Below are positions 25,070 to 33,780 of a stretch of DNA of 64,000 nt, in pieces. Under the pieces are notes generated by a model. It was not told the origin of the DNA. It ran no database searches and saw only the letters and a list, made by a program, of their open reading frames with translations. Each line of letters opens with the position of its first letter. Position 1 is the stretch's first letter. A program made the position numbers and the translations under genes. Location of the stretch: NCBI GenBank assembly GCA_031398625.1, contig JANNNQ010000447.1:11520-75519 (forward strand), read 5' to 3'. This DNA comes from Pseudomonadota bacterium (GTDB taxonomy: Bacteria > Pseudomonadota > Gammaproteobacteria > Steroidobacterales > Steroidobacteraceae).

Positions 25070-25299
25070 CACTTGAACTAGTCCCCGACGACGACACGGA
25101 ACGTCTCTGGACTGTCCCCGAACTCGCAAAAAGTCTCCGCATGTCGCGAGGCAAAGTGACCGCCCTCATCGACGCCGGACGCTTCGGCCCTTACCAGGAC
25201 GTCGCCGAGACCGGGCAACGGGTACAGCGCCGCGTCCCCGAGTCCGGGCGTCTCGCGTACCTCGAATCGGTCACCATCCACCCCCGCCGCAGCGCCTGA
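25066..25299 (+). CDS. HTH DNA-binding protein (Cro/excisionase-like, HTH_17 type)
   Basis: LWTVPELAKSLRMSRGKVTALIDAGRF. Divergent from the repressor. Confidence 0.6.
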   Translation: MALELVPDDDTERLWTVPELAKSLRMSRGKVTALIDAGRFGPYQDVAETGQRVQRRVPESGRLAYLESVTIHPRRSA

Positions 25300-25309
25300 G
25301 GAGAACGAC

Positions 25310-25672
25310 GTGACCGACCAGATCCAGCACGGGACGCCGACGATGCGCGGCGAGTACTGCACCGAGAAGGGGGAGAACAACGAGACCTGCATCTTCGGGC
25401 GCAACCACTCCGTGAACTACCACCTCCGACCGGACGGAAGCCGCTGGGGGACCGACCCCAAGTCGACCGCGCTCCCCGCCGAAATCCTCGGAGCGTTCTC
25501 CGACCTCATCGCGGCAGTGACCGACGCCTACGTTGCCCCGGCCGAGGACATGGACCCGCGTGAACGCTGGTCAAAGCTGAGCCTCGCTCACCAGCGGGCG
25601 GAGATCTACCTGCAGGTCATGGGCATCACGGCCCTTGACGCCGCGCACCGAGCAAGCGGGCGGACCTCATGA
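25310..25672 (+). CDS. hypothetical protein
   Basis: GTG start after GAGGAGAAC. 120 aa. Confidence 0.55.
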   Translation: MTDQIQHGTPTMRGEYCTEKGENNETCIFGRNHSVNYHLRPDGSRWGTDPKSTALPAEILGAFSDLIAAVTDAYVAPAEDMDPRERWSKLSLAHQRAEIYLQVMGITALDAAHRASGRTS

Positions 25673-26061
25673 CCGCCCTCGACACCGCTCCCGCTGGTTT
25701 CCTCTCCCGCGAGGCCGCCCAAGGCGCACGACGCGCGAGACTCGCCGAGATCGACCTGTTCTTCGCTGACATCGCCGACGACATTCGCACCCAGCACGCC
25801 CTCGGCTGGGCTGCCGCCATGGTCGCTTCCTGTAAGCGGATCGAGGCCATCACCGCCCGGGTCAATGTCACCGACACCGGGGTCCTCGTCGGGTCCTGCC
25901 TCCTCGTCCAGATCGCCGTCAAGCACCTCATGGCCGAGTGGGAGAACGTCGCCATCCAACGCATCCGGTTGGACCACGTCCGGGACACGGCGTTGGAGGA
26001 CATGGAAGTGCTGCGGCTGGAACGGCGAAGGACGTTCGACTTTGGCCTGGTGACGTCGTGA
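25669..26061 (+). CDS. hypothetical protein
   Basis: ATGA-coupled, 130 aa, high GC3. Confidence 0.6.
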   Translation: MTALDTAPAGFLSREAAQGARRARLAEIDLFFADIADDIRTQHALGWAAAMVASCKRIEAITARVNVTDTGVLVGSCLLVQIAVKHLMAEWENVAIQRIRLDHVRDTALEDMEVLRLERRRTFDFGLVTS

Positions 26062-26149
26062 GAGTCCCCACCTAGGAGACCGAGATCTACCCCTGCCCCA
26101 CCGCGATTGCCCTCGGCATCGCACCCGATCCGACCAAGGAGAACTGACC

Positions 26150-27127
26150 ATGGCCACGACCTTCACCTTCACCAAGGCCACGAAGAAGGCTTCCAAGGCG
26201 CGAGTCGCCTTCGAAGGCCCGTCCGGCAGCGGCAAGACTTACACAGCCCTGACTACGGCCTGTGCCCTCGGCCAGCGCGTCGCACTCATCGACACCGAGC
26301 ACCGTTCGGCGAGTCTCTACGCCGACGAATTCGACTTCGACACCCTCGAACTCGACAGCTACGACCCACAATTGCTCACCGAAGCCCTCGCGGCAGCCGC
26401 AATGGCGGGCTACGACGCGCTGGTCATCGACAGCCTGTCGCACTTCTGGATGGGCACAGACGGAATGCTGGAGCAGGTCGACCGGGCGGCGCGCCGTTCC
26501 GCCGGAGGGAACACGTTCGGCGGATGGAAGGAGATGCGGCCGACAGAGCGGCGCATGATCGAAGCGATGCTGGCGTACCCCGGTCACCTCATCGCGACGC
26601 TGCGCACGAAGACCGAGTGGGTGGTCGAGGAGAACGACAGGGGCAAGAAGGTCCCGAAGAAGATCGGCTTGAAGGCCGAGCAGCGCGAGGGCCTGGAGTA
26701 CGAGTTCACCCTCGTTGGGACGATGGACCTGGACAACACCCTGGTCGTCACGAAGTCCCGGTGCAAGGCGCTGTCCGGTGCCGTGATCAACCGGCCGGAC
26801 GCAGGGTTCGGGCGGACGCTCGGCGACTGGCTGCAGGACGGCGAGGCCGGTCCTACTGCCGAGGAGATCCGCGACGAGGTCCTGGCCGCCCCGGAAGCCA
26901 CGTACGACGAACTGATCGAGGTGTACCGGAAGGCGGAGCGGCACGGCCTGCTGATGGCCGCGATCGTCACGGGCGACGGTGCCAGCGCCGGGTTGGGTGA
27001 TTTCATTCGGGCGCGTGGTCTGGAGGCGAAGGAGCGGGCTGCGCGTTCAGTGCCGGCGCCGCGGGTTGAGGACCAGATCGCCGACGAATTGGCGGAGCGT
27101 CAGGCCGCTGCGGGGGTGGCTTCGTGA
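26150..27127 (+). CDS. RecA-fold ATPase, Sak4-like (AAA_24)
   Basis: Walker A FEGPSGSGKTYTAL, Walker B ALVIDSLS. Strong AAGGAG upstream. Confidence 0.6.
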   Translation: MATTFTFTKATKKASKARVAFEGPSGSGKTYTALTTACALGQRVALIDTEHRSASLYADEFDFDTLELDSYDPQLLTEALAAAAMAGYDALVIDSLSHFWMGTDGMLEQVDRAARRSAGGNTFGGWKEMRPTERRMIEAMLAYPGHLIATLRTKTEWVVEENDRGKKVPKKIGLKAEQREGLEYEFTLVGTMDLDNTLVVTKSRCKALSGAVINRPDAGFGRTLGDWLQDGEAGPTAEEIRDEVLAAPEATYDELIEVYRKAERHGLLMAAIVTGDGASAGLGDFIRARGLEAKERAARSVPAPRVEDQIADELAERQAAAGVAS

Positions 27128-27720
27128 CCGCCTTGGCTGACGTCCCCGACATCGACACAGAGGACTACGAAGTCCCCGACGCCGAGGAAGCCCGCGAGGC
27201 TTGGTCTATCGACAGCTTGGGCCAGGCTGCTTGGGCGATGGCGAAGAACCGGGAACTCGCGTTGCGGCAGGCCGAGATTCGTCGGATCGCGGACGACAAG
27301 ATCGCCCGGTGGGTGGCATGGCGGGACCGGGAGGTTGCGGCTCTGCAGAACGGTCGCACAGGCCGGGATTTCTTCGAAGCTCACCTCGCGGCGTACGCGC
27401 TGAGGCGACGGGCTGAGGACGAGAAGCGGAACAAGACCCTCACTCTTCCGTTCGGGACGGTGTCCACCAAGGACACGTCGAAGACCCCGAAGTGGGAGGT
27501 GGACGAGGAGACGCTGATTCCGTGGCTAAAGGAGCGGTTCCCGAAGCTGGTGGTCTCAACGACGACGGAGAAGGTGGATCTGAAGGCGGCGAAGACCACG
27601 TTCCCATCCTCAGGCGGTGAGGCGTGGGTTGGGGATTCCGGGGAGACGGTTCCGGGGATCACGGTGACTCCTGGTGGGGTGTCGGCCAGCATCAGCCTCG
27701 ACCTGGGTGGGAAGTCGTGA
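27124..27720 (+). CDS. Mu Gam-like host-nuclease inhibitor
   Basis: 198 aa. The N-terminal coiled coil plus KTLTLPFGTVSTKD...PKWEV...LIPWLKE pattern matches the Gam family. GTGA-coupled. Confidence 0.55.
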   Translation: MTALADVPDIDTEDYEVPDAEEAREAWSIDSLGQAAWAMAKNRELALRQAEIRRIADDKIARWVAWRDREVAALQNGRTGRDFFEAHLAAYALRRRAEDEKRNKTLTLPFGTVSTKDTSKTPKWEVDEETLIPWLKERFPKLVVSTTTEKVDLKAAKTTFPSSGGEAWVGDSGETVPGITVTPGGVSASISLDLGGKS

Positions 27721-27980
27721 CCGGCATGATCCCGGTCCTCGCCCACCACCGTGTGGATGTGTGCCTCGAATGCCTCTGCGGTCAGACGGAGCGACCGTTG
27801 GCCTCGGAGTGCATCCTCGTCCTCCGAAGCGGTCTCCCGTGGGTGTCGTTCCGCTGCACCGATGGACGGCCGATGGCTCTCCCGTTGAACGATCGAACCC
27901 TCGCCCTGATGCTCACCACGCCCGCGGTCCGCTCCCCGGACTTCATGGACTGGTGCGACAACCGAAAGGCCGCACTGTGA
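27717..27980 (+). CDS. hypothetical Cys-containing protein
   Basis: GTG 27717 overlaps the Gam stop. 87 aa. Confidence 0.45.
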   Translation: MTGMIPVLAHHRVDVCLECLCGQTERPLASECILVLRSGLPWVSFRCTDGRPMALPLNDRTLALMLTTPAVRSPDFMDWCDNRKAAL

Positions 27981-28204
27981 CCACCGAACGCAAGCCCCTC
28001 CTGTCGCCGTCCAACGCCGACACCCTCCACCATTTGCGGGCCCTGGCGAAGGACGGGACCGCCCCAACGTTGCAGGAGTTGGCGAAGGCGTGCGGGGTCG
28101 GTTACTCCACCGCCCGCTACCACCTGCTGGAGCTGGAGAAGAAGGGCGCGATCCGACGCATCCCCGGGCAGGCGCGAGGTATCGAGATTGTCGAGTCGGC
28201 ATGA
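27977..28204 (+). CDS. winged-helix protein, LexA N-terminal-domain-like
   Basis: PTLQELAKACGVGYSTARYHLLELEKKGAIRRIPGQARGIEI. Confidence 0.55.
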   Translation: MTTERKPLLSPSNADTLHHLRALAKDGTAPTLQELAKACGVGYSTARYHLLELEKKGAIRRIPGQARGIEIVESA

Positions 28205-28359
28205 GGGCCCGGAAAGAGCGGGCGGTAGCTCACCGGTCCCTGCGGACTCTCTCGGCGCTGACTGCTGCCGCTGGCACCCGGTTGAGTCCGTCGATGCATG
28301 ATCACCTCAGGGCGGCGTTGGAGTTCACTGCCCCTCGGCGCTGGTGGCGATTCTGGTGA
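28201..28359 (+). CDS. 52-aa hypothetical protein
   Basis: ATGA-coupled, about 75% GC3. Confidence 0.35.
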   Translation: MRARKERAVAHRSLRTLSALTAAAGTRLSPSMHDHLRAALEFTAPRRWWRFW

Positions 28360-28838
28360 CTGCCACCGAACTGGACTCCGAGCTGGTTCTGTCGCTGAGG
28401 GTTGTTGGTGTTCCGACAACCCAGGGCAGCAAGAACGGGTTCGTGGTCAAGACGAAGACCGGGAAGCTCCGCGCTCTCGTGGTCGATGTGAAGCGGAAGG
28501 AGCTCCGGTCGTGGCGGGAGGCGATCCGCTCCGATGCTGTTGCTGAACTGGGGGAGGACTGGGTGCCGTTGTCTGGGCCGATCCGGGTGACGTTGCATTT
28601 CACGTTGCCGAAGCCGGCCAGCGCCCCGAAGCGTCGGCGTACGTGGCCGATCGGTGCCAGGTCCGGGGATATCGACAAGTTAGAGCGTGCCGCTTTGGAT
28701 GCCCTCACGGATGCTGCCCTGTGGCGGGATGACGGCCAGGTGGTGGACCTGCATGGGACGAAGGACTACCCGGATCTCAAGGTGACATGCCCTGGTGTTC
28801 TGATCCGCGTCTACCGGGTGGATGTCCTGGCGGTCTGA
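28344..28838 (+). CDS. rusA: RusA-family Holliday junction resolvase
   Basis: GVPTTQGSKNGF...GPIRVTLHFTLPKP...GDIDKLERAALDALT...WRDDGQVVDL. The start may be GTG 28356, which overlaps the upstream stop. Confidence 0.75.
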   Translation: MAILVTATELDSELVLSLRVVGVPTTQGSKNGFVVKTKTGKLRALVVDVKRKELRSWREAIRSDAVAELGEDWVPLSGPIRVTLHFTLPKPASAPKRRRTWPIGARSGDIDKLERAALDALTDAALWRDDGQVVDLHGTKDYPDLKVTCPGVLIRVYRVDVLAV

Positions 28839-28863
28839 GGTTCTTTTGCCATGCCCAACATGA

Positions 28864-28903
28864 CTACGATTCATAGTCATTGCATCTATGGATCGTGTAC
28901 TGT
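28864..28903 (+). promoter_or_regulatory. dual operator pair plus promoter, cassette 4
   Basis: CTACGATTCATAG at 28864 and CTATGGATCGTGT at 28886. TAGTCA is -35-like and TACTGT is -10-like. Confidence 0.55.
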
Positions 28904-28987
28904 CTAAACATTCGCTCGCCCCCCGACGGGGAAGAGGTCGGGGGGCTTCGAGCAGCGGACTCCAGACGCCCCATAGGGAGGCATCCA

Positions 28988-29422
28988 ATGGACGAGAGTA
29001 CGCCCACCGTCGACCGCACCACGGCAGTCCTGTCCATCCGGCCCGTCTACGCCGACCGCATCCTCGACGGGACAAAGACAATCGAGTTCCGACGCAAGCC
29101 GCTCCCCAAGACCGTTGAAACGGTGCTGGTCTGGCGCACTGGCAAGGGCGGCGGGGTGATTGGGCAGTTCAACGTCGTCCGCCAGGTCGACGGCATCGTC
29201 AACGACTTCGTCATCCAGGACTTCGGTGGCACTCTGCGGACGGTCACCGGATCTGGCATCGGATTCAATGCGCTCTACGCCTACGCAGGACACAAGGGTC
29301 GGCTGGCAGGCATCTACATCGGGAACGTCACCCCGACCATCAAGGCCGAACGGTTCGGGTGGAGCGCAGGGCCCCAGGCGTTCCGGTATGCCCCGCTCGG
29401 GTGGCGTGAGGTGGTCTGGTGA
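28988..29422 (+). CDS. ASCH (PUA-like) domain protein
   Basis: LSIRPVYADRILDGTKTIEFRRKPLP. GGGAGG lies upstream of ATG 28988. Confidence 0.6.
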   Translation: MDESTPTVDRTTAVLSIRPVYADRILDGTKTIEFRRKPLPKTVETVLVWRTGKGGGVIGQFNVVRQVDGIVNDFVIQDFGGTLRTVTGSGIGFNALYAYAGHKGRLAGIYIGNVTPTIKAERFGWSAGPQAFRYAPLGWREVVW

Positions 29423-29571
29423 TCCGCTCCATCCTCCGAGTCCTCTTCGCCCCACACCACGACGGGCCGAACGAGTGCGGTCGCGGCCGATGCGATGTGA
29501 ACGGCTGCGGAGCCAAGCGTTCGACGTGCTGCCCTCATTGCCCTGTGGCCTACCGACGGAGGCAGGGGTGA
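29419..29571 (+). CDS. 50-aa Cys-rich zinc-ribbon-like peptide
   Basis: VIRSILRVLFAPHHDGPNECGRGRCDVNGCGAKRSTCCPHCPVAYRRRQG. GTGA-coupled at both ends. Below the ORF-track cutoff. Confidence 0.4.
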   Translation: MIRSILRVLFAPHHDGPNECGRGRCDVNGCGAKRSTCCPHCPVAYRRRQG

Positions 29572-29966
29572 GCACTGACATCCCAGACCGGACCCGGAAG
29601 CTCATCCAGTCCCGCGCCGACAACGCATGCGAGATCTGCCGCAAACCGATGACCGACATCCACCATCGGCAACGCAAAGGCATGGGCGGGACATCGTCTC
29701 TGGTGATCCACAACCCGGAGAACCTCATCGGCCTCTGCCGCTGGCATCACGGGTGGACGCACGCTAACCCCGCCCACGCTGTCCTCGGGGGCTGGATCGT
29801 CCCCACGACCGTCGACCCCGAGTTCTTCCCCGTCTGGGCTCAGAACGTGAACTACGGCTACTCGGCCTGGTTTTCCTTGCTGCCTGATGGATGTGTCCGC
29901 TGGGTCAACGACCTCCACGAACCGCTGAATCTTCCGCCGGGGATGCCCTCCCTGAGCGCCGCTTGA
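29568..29966 (+). CDS. HNH endonuclease
   Basis: CEICRKPMTDIHHRQRKG...NLIGLCRWHHGWTH. GGAGG lies upstream of GTG 29568. Confidence 0.75.
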   Translation: MSTDIPDRTRKLIQSRADNACEICRKPMTDIHHRQRKGMGGTSSLVIHNPENLIGLCRWHHGWTHANPAHAVLGGWIVPTTVDPEFFPVWAQNVNYGYSAWFSLLPDGCVRWVNDLHEPLNLPPGMPSLSAA

Positions 29967-29967
29967 A

Positions 29968-30414
29968 ATGGAGAACCTCGTGTCCCTCACCACAGTCATG
30001 TCCGGACCCACGGCGGACCATGCGCCAGTCGTCCACGAAAAGCCACCCGTCACCCTCTACCCCGTCCTCCCCATCGCCGCCGTCTCCATGCCTACCGCGT
30101 GGGCACCGTCCGATGACGAGTACTGCATGGACGAGAACCACCACGGGGGAACCCTGTTCCACTGCACGAGGCGATCAGGCCACTCCGGAAGACATGCCCA
30201 GATTTGGTGGTGGACGGCCCGTCTCCAGTCCCTCCCACGTGCCCTGGTCCGGGCAGTGTGGGGACAGAAGGCGGTTCCGGTGCCAACCTGGAACTGCCGC
30301 TGCGGTCACCACGTCCGCGTCCGGCCTGGGACGTCGGCGGGGTTCCACAACCTTCCCTGCCCGAACTGCTCAGGCGTCACGATGGTCCTCGTCGACCAGG
30401 CGGTGTCGGCATGA
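29968..30414 (+). CDS. hypothetical Cys/His-rich protein
   Basis: 148 aa with C-terminus WNCRCGHHVRV...LPCPNCSG. The stop overlaps the methylase start. Confidence 0.5.
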   Translation: MENLVSLTTVMSGPTADHAPVVHEKPPVTLYPVLPIAAVSMPTAWAPSDDEYCMDENHHGGTLFHCTRRSGHSGRHAQIWWWTARLQSLPRALVRAVWGQKAVPVPTWNCRCGHHVRVRPGTSAGFHNLPCPNCSGVTMVLVDQAVSA

Positions 30415-32000
30415 CCAAGACACGCACCGCGCAGCACCGCCCCGCCACCAAGCAGCGCAGATTCCAGCACGACGACCTGATCGCCGTCGACCTCTTCAGC
30501 GGCTTTGGTGGCCTAACCCAAGGCATCGAGCGTGCCGGGTTCACAACGATTCTCGCCGCGAACCACAGCCAGTACAAGACCGAGGTCCACGAGACGAACC
30601 ACCCGGAAGCCGAGCACTGGATCGCCGACCTGGTCGACCCGGAATCAGGCGACTATCACGACGTCCGCGACCTCCCTGCCGGCGACCTGCTCAGTGCGGG
30701 CGTGAGCTGCGTCAACCACTCCCCGGCAAACTCGCTGAAGGCCTACGAGGAGCGAGGGACTCTCTTCGACAGGCAGGACGACGAGTACGAGGCCAGGGTC
30801 ACCCGATCCGAACGCGACCGCGCGACGGCGAACTGCGTCCTCCACTACGCCGCGACGCACCATCCGCGGCTGATCCTTGTCGAGTGCACGACGCAGCTGC
30901 TGTCGTGGGGGCCGTTGATCCCCGGCAGCAAAAAGGTCGGCGACGGAACCACGTACCGGTGGTGGCTGAAGCAATTCGACATCATCGGTTACGACCACAA
31001 GGTGCTCTATCTGAACTCGCAGTTCTTCGGCGTCGGCCAGTCCCGGAACCGGGGGTACTGGTGCTTCTGGAAGAAGGGCATCCCAGCACCTGATCTGGAG
31101 CACCGACCGGAAACCTGGTGCGACCGCTGCCAGACGATCGTGCAGGCCCGGCAGTCCTGGAAGACGGGCATCCCGCCAACCGGGACCGTCGACTACGGCA
31201 GGCAGTATCACTACACGTGCCTGTCCTGCCGCCGCGAGGTCATCCCGACGTTCACCCCGTCGTTGTCCGCGCTTGACCTGACGAACCTCGGCACCAAGAT
31301 CGGCGATAGGCCGAACAAGATCCAGCAGGACGGTTCGTTCGGGCCTCTCGCTCTCTCGACCATGGCCAGGGCCGAGAGGTGCCGGCAGAGGTTCGGCGAC
31401 TTCCCGGCCATCCTGATGCCGGCCAAGGCCGAGCGTGGCTCGGAACGTCACTTGTGGCAGCCGATGTCCACCCAGACGAGCCAGCAAGAGACCGCGCTGC
31501 TGGCGGCATCGGGGGCGCTCTCGCTGGCGGTCGACAACTACCAGGGCGCGCCGCGCGGGGTCGATGTCCCGTTCCCCACTCAGGTGGGTTCCGAGACGCT
31601 CGGGATCGTCTCCACGGGGGTCATGCCGTTCCGGAAGCACACCATCCCGACTATGCACGCCGAGCCGATGCCGACGGTCACGGCAGATCAGATCCCGGCC
31701 CTGGTCACGGCAACCGGCTCCGTCAGCGGCGCCGGCCTCCCGGCGGAGATCGCCGCGGAGTGGCGGAAGATGCTCTCCAATACCCCACTGCTGGAGTGCT
31801 ACCTGCGGATGCTCGGTTCGCACGAGATCGGCCGCGGTTGCGGGTTCGATCCCGACTTCGGCGACCACAAGGGGACGTTCAAGGTCTGGGGCAGTGAACG
31901 CGATCGGGTCGACGGCTACGGCAACGCTGTCTCACCGCCGGTCGGTGAGTGGATCAGCGACCGGTTGCGGCGTGCCATTCATGGCGAGGCTGCAGCATGA
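30411..32000 (+). CDS. DNA (cytosine-5) methyltransferase
   Basis: Motif I DLFSGFGGLTQG. Catalytic region SAGVSCVNHSPAN (SC instead of PC). QSRNRGYW. Motif X GNAVSPPVGEWI. ATG 30411 is preferred over the ORF-track start. Confidence 0.75.
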   Translation: MTKTRTAQHRPATKQRRFQHDDLIAVDLFSGFGGLTQGIERAGFTTILAANHSQYKTEVHETNHPEAEHWIADLVDPESGDYHDVRDLPAGDLLSAGVSCVNHSPANSLKAYEERGTLFDRQDDEYEARVTRSERDRATANCVLHYAATHHPRLILVECTTQLLSWGPLIPGSKKVGDGTTYRWWLKQFDIIGYDHKVLYLNSQFFGVGQSRNRGYWCFWKKGIPAPDLEHRPETWCDRCQTIVQARQSWKTGIPPTGTVDYGRQYHYTCLSCRREVIPTFTPSLSALDLTNLGTKIGDRPNKIQQDGSFGPLALSTMARAERCRQRFGDFPAILMPAKAERGSERHLWQPMSTQTSQQETALLAASGALSLAVDNYQGAPRGVDVPFPTQVGSETLGIVSTGVMPFRKHTIPTMHAEPMPTVTADQIPALVTATGSVSGAGLPAEIAAEWRKMLSNTPLLECYLRMLGSHEIGRGCGFDPDFGDHKGTFKVWGSERDRVDGYGNAVSPPVGEWISDRLRRAIHGEAAA

Positions 32001-32239
32001 CCGCCGTCCGCCCGTACTCCACGCGTCCCCATAACGAGGACGCCGTCGTCGATCTCCTCGCCGGGGGCCGACCGGTTCTGACTCCGGCGGACCGGCATGA
32101 GGCGATCCGCCGGCTGTTTGCCAGGGGGTGTCGCGAGGAGTCGATCGCAGCCCGGGTGGGGTGTTCGGTGGCGACGGTGCAGCGTGCGGTGAAGGCGGTT
32201 CCGGCTGCGCGGGTGCGGGAACTGCGGGACCTGCCGTGA
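31997..32239 (+). CDS. small HTH protein
   Basis: ESIAARVGCSVATVQRAVK. ATGA-coupled. Confidence 0.5.
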   Translation: MTAVRPYSTRPHNEDAVVDLLAGGRPVLTPADRHEAIRRLFARGCREESIAARVGCSVATVQRAVKAVPAARVRELRDLP

Positions 32240-32424
32240 TCACCCAGACGGATCTGACTCCTGATGAGGCGAGGTGGGCCCGGTATCGGGTGGAGCTCCC
32301 GGAGATTGTCGCGTCCCGTTTTCCTAGGCCAGTGCCGCCCGAAACGAAGTTCATCCTCGGCTGCCAGATGCGCGGTGATGACCGTGCCGTACATGGCGAA
32401 CCCGAGCACGCAGTCGGTGGTTGA
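32236..32424 (+). CDS. 62-aa hypothetical protein
   Basis: GTGA-coupled with moderate GC3. Confidence 0.35.
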   Translation: MITQTDLTPDEARWARYRVELPEIVASRFPRPVPPETKFILGCQMRGDDRAVHGEPEHAVGG

Positions 32425-32428
32425 CGCT

Positions 32429-33124
32429 ATGTCCGCCGGGCGACTGGGCTGCATCCTCACCCCGAAGCAGGGGAACCGTGTTCCCGAAGACCCCTCGATC
32501 ATGGTCTGTTTGGACAACGGGTGTGGTCCGGGGAAGGACGGGAAGCCGGGCAAGGGATGGCCTAGTGAGGGCAAGTTTCTGGTTTGGCTTCAGAAGATGG
32601 AGCAGTACGGACGGCACGGGGAGGATCGGGTCCTGTTCGCTGTCGCCCCCGACGTTGTTGGTGATGCGGTGGCGACCTTGGAGCGTGCGGTCGAGTGGTT
32701 GCCGATCATCCGTGACCTCGGCTTCCCGACTGCTCTAGCCGCACAGGACGGACTCGAGCACCTCGATATCCCATGGGATGACTTCGACGTGCTGTTCGTC
32801 GGTGGCAGCACTGAATGGAAGCTAGGCCCTGCCGCCCGACGAATCGTGTTGCAGGCCAAGCAGCATGGCAAGCACGTGCACATGGGCCGGGTCAACTCAG
32901 CCAAGCGCCTGGAGTACGCCACCGCTATCGGATGCGACACCGCAGACGGAACCAAAATCACGTTCGGACCTGACATCAACCTGCCCCTCGTCCTCAGCTG
33001 GAACCGGGGCTCTTCACTCTCGCCCAGGAGGCGTCATGAATCTCACCACCGTCCCGGACTCCGGCGAATGCGTCATGGTCACCGCTTCGAGCGACATCGA
33101 ACACCGGTGCCCGCACGTCGATGA
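32429..33124 (+). CDS. dpdA: DpdA-like (TGT-superfamily) DNA transglycosylase, tentative
   Basis: LGCILTPKQGN...FAVAPDVVGDA...LFVGGSTEWKLG...HMGRVNSAKRL...GCDTADGT follows the pattern of actinophage queuine-tRNA-ribosyltransferase-like proteins. Upstream in-frame starts exist at 32378 and 32393. The last 30 or so codons have low GC3. Confidence 0.55.
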   Translation: MSAGRLGCILTPKQGNRVPEDPSIMVCLDNGCGPGKDGKPGKGWPSEGKFLVWLQKMEQYGRHGEDRVLFAVAPDVVGDAVATLERAVEWLPIIRDLGFPTALAAQDGLEHLDIPWDDFDVLFVGGSTEWKLGPAARRIVLQAKQHGKHVHMGRVNSAKRLEYATAIGCDTADGTKITFGPDINLPLVLSWNRGSSLSPRRRHESHHRPGLRRMRHGHRFERHRTPVPARR

Positions 33125-33356
33125 GGTGGACAAGGGAACGGTCACCATCTCGTGGATGGTGACGGAATGCACGATCGAACTGCACTCCCTGGCCGAGTAC
33201 ATCCGTGGCTGGAAGGACGTCCGCGTCTCCCATGAGGAACTGACGGCCACGATCCAGCGGGACGTCCTCCGCGCCGGGGTTGAAGAGGTTCAGGTGCGGG
33301 CGATGTGGCAAACCGCTGGCATGTCCATCGCGACTGACACGAGGTGCCCGTCATGA
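33036..33356 (+). CDS. QueF-like T-fold protein (QueF-L type)
   Basis: HRCPHVDEVDKGTVTISW...CTIELHSLAEYIRGW...SHEELTATIQRDV aligns with B. subtilis QueF SLCPKTGQPDFGTIVIRY...CIELKSLKLYLFSF...FHE. The catalytic Cys is present, but the Lys residues of the NADPH motif are replaced. GGAGG lies upstream. Confidence 0.6.
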   Translation: MNLTTVPDSGECVMVTASSDIEHRCPHVDEVDKGTVTISWMVTECTIELHSLAEYIRGWKDVRVSHEELTATIQRDVLRAGVEEVQVRAMWQTAGMSIATDTRCPS

Positions 33357-33571
33357 CCGTCACCACACCAACGTCCTTTCAGGACGCGGGTTTACAGGAG
33401 CTGGGGGATGTGGCCCGCATGATGCTCGCCAACCGGGAGGCAGAGCGGGAGGCGTTTCGGGCGGCGATGAAGAAGGCGAAGGAGCGACTGGTCGACCCGC
33501 ACGAGGTGGCGGACATCTTCACCGCAGAAGGCGTCGACCTGTGTTCGCTGATGGCGGTTCTCGGACCGTGA
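33353..33571 (+). CDS. hypothetical protein
   Basis: ATGA-coupled, 72 aa. Confidence 0.5.
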   Translation: MTVTTPTSFQDAGLQELGDVARMMLANREAEREAFRAAMKKAKERLVDPHEVADIFTAEGVDLCSLMAVLGP

Positions 33572-33780
33572 ACCAGAGCGTATGCCCTTGGGGCCACCCG
33601 TATGCGGGGAAGAACCTCGGCGCCAACCGACGCAATGGAGCACCGTTCTGCAAGCACTGCCGGAAGGTCTCCTCGCGCGGTACGAGGCGTGGCGGGATGA
33701 CGCTGGCGGAGTGCTACCTGATCTACCCCGAGTGGCTGGGCATGGCCGCCGGACCACTACTACGAGGGAGGACATCGTGA
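33568..33780 (+). CDS. zinc-binding small protein
   Basis: CPWGHPYAGKNL...GAPFCKHCRK. GTGA-coupled. Confidence 0.5.
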   Translation: MNQSVCPWGHPYAGKNLGANRRNGAPFCKHCRKVSSRGTRRGGMTLAECYLIYPEWLGMAAGPLLRGRTS

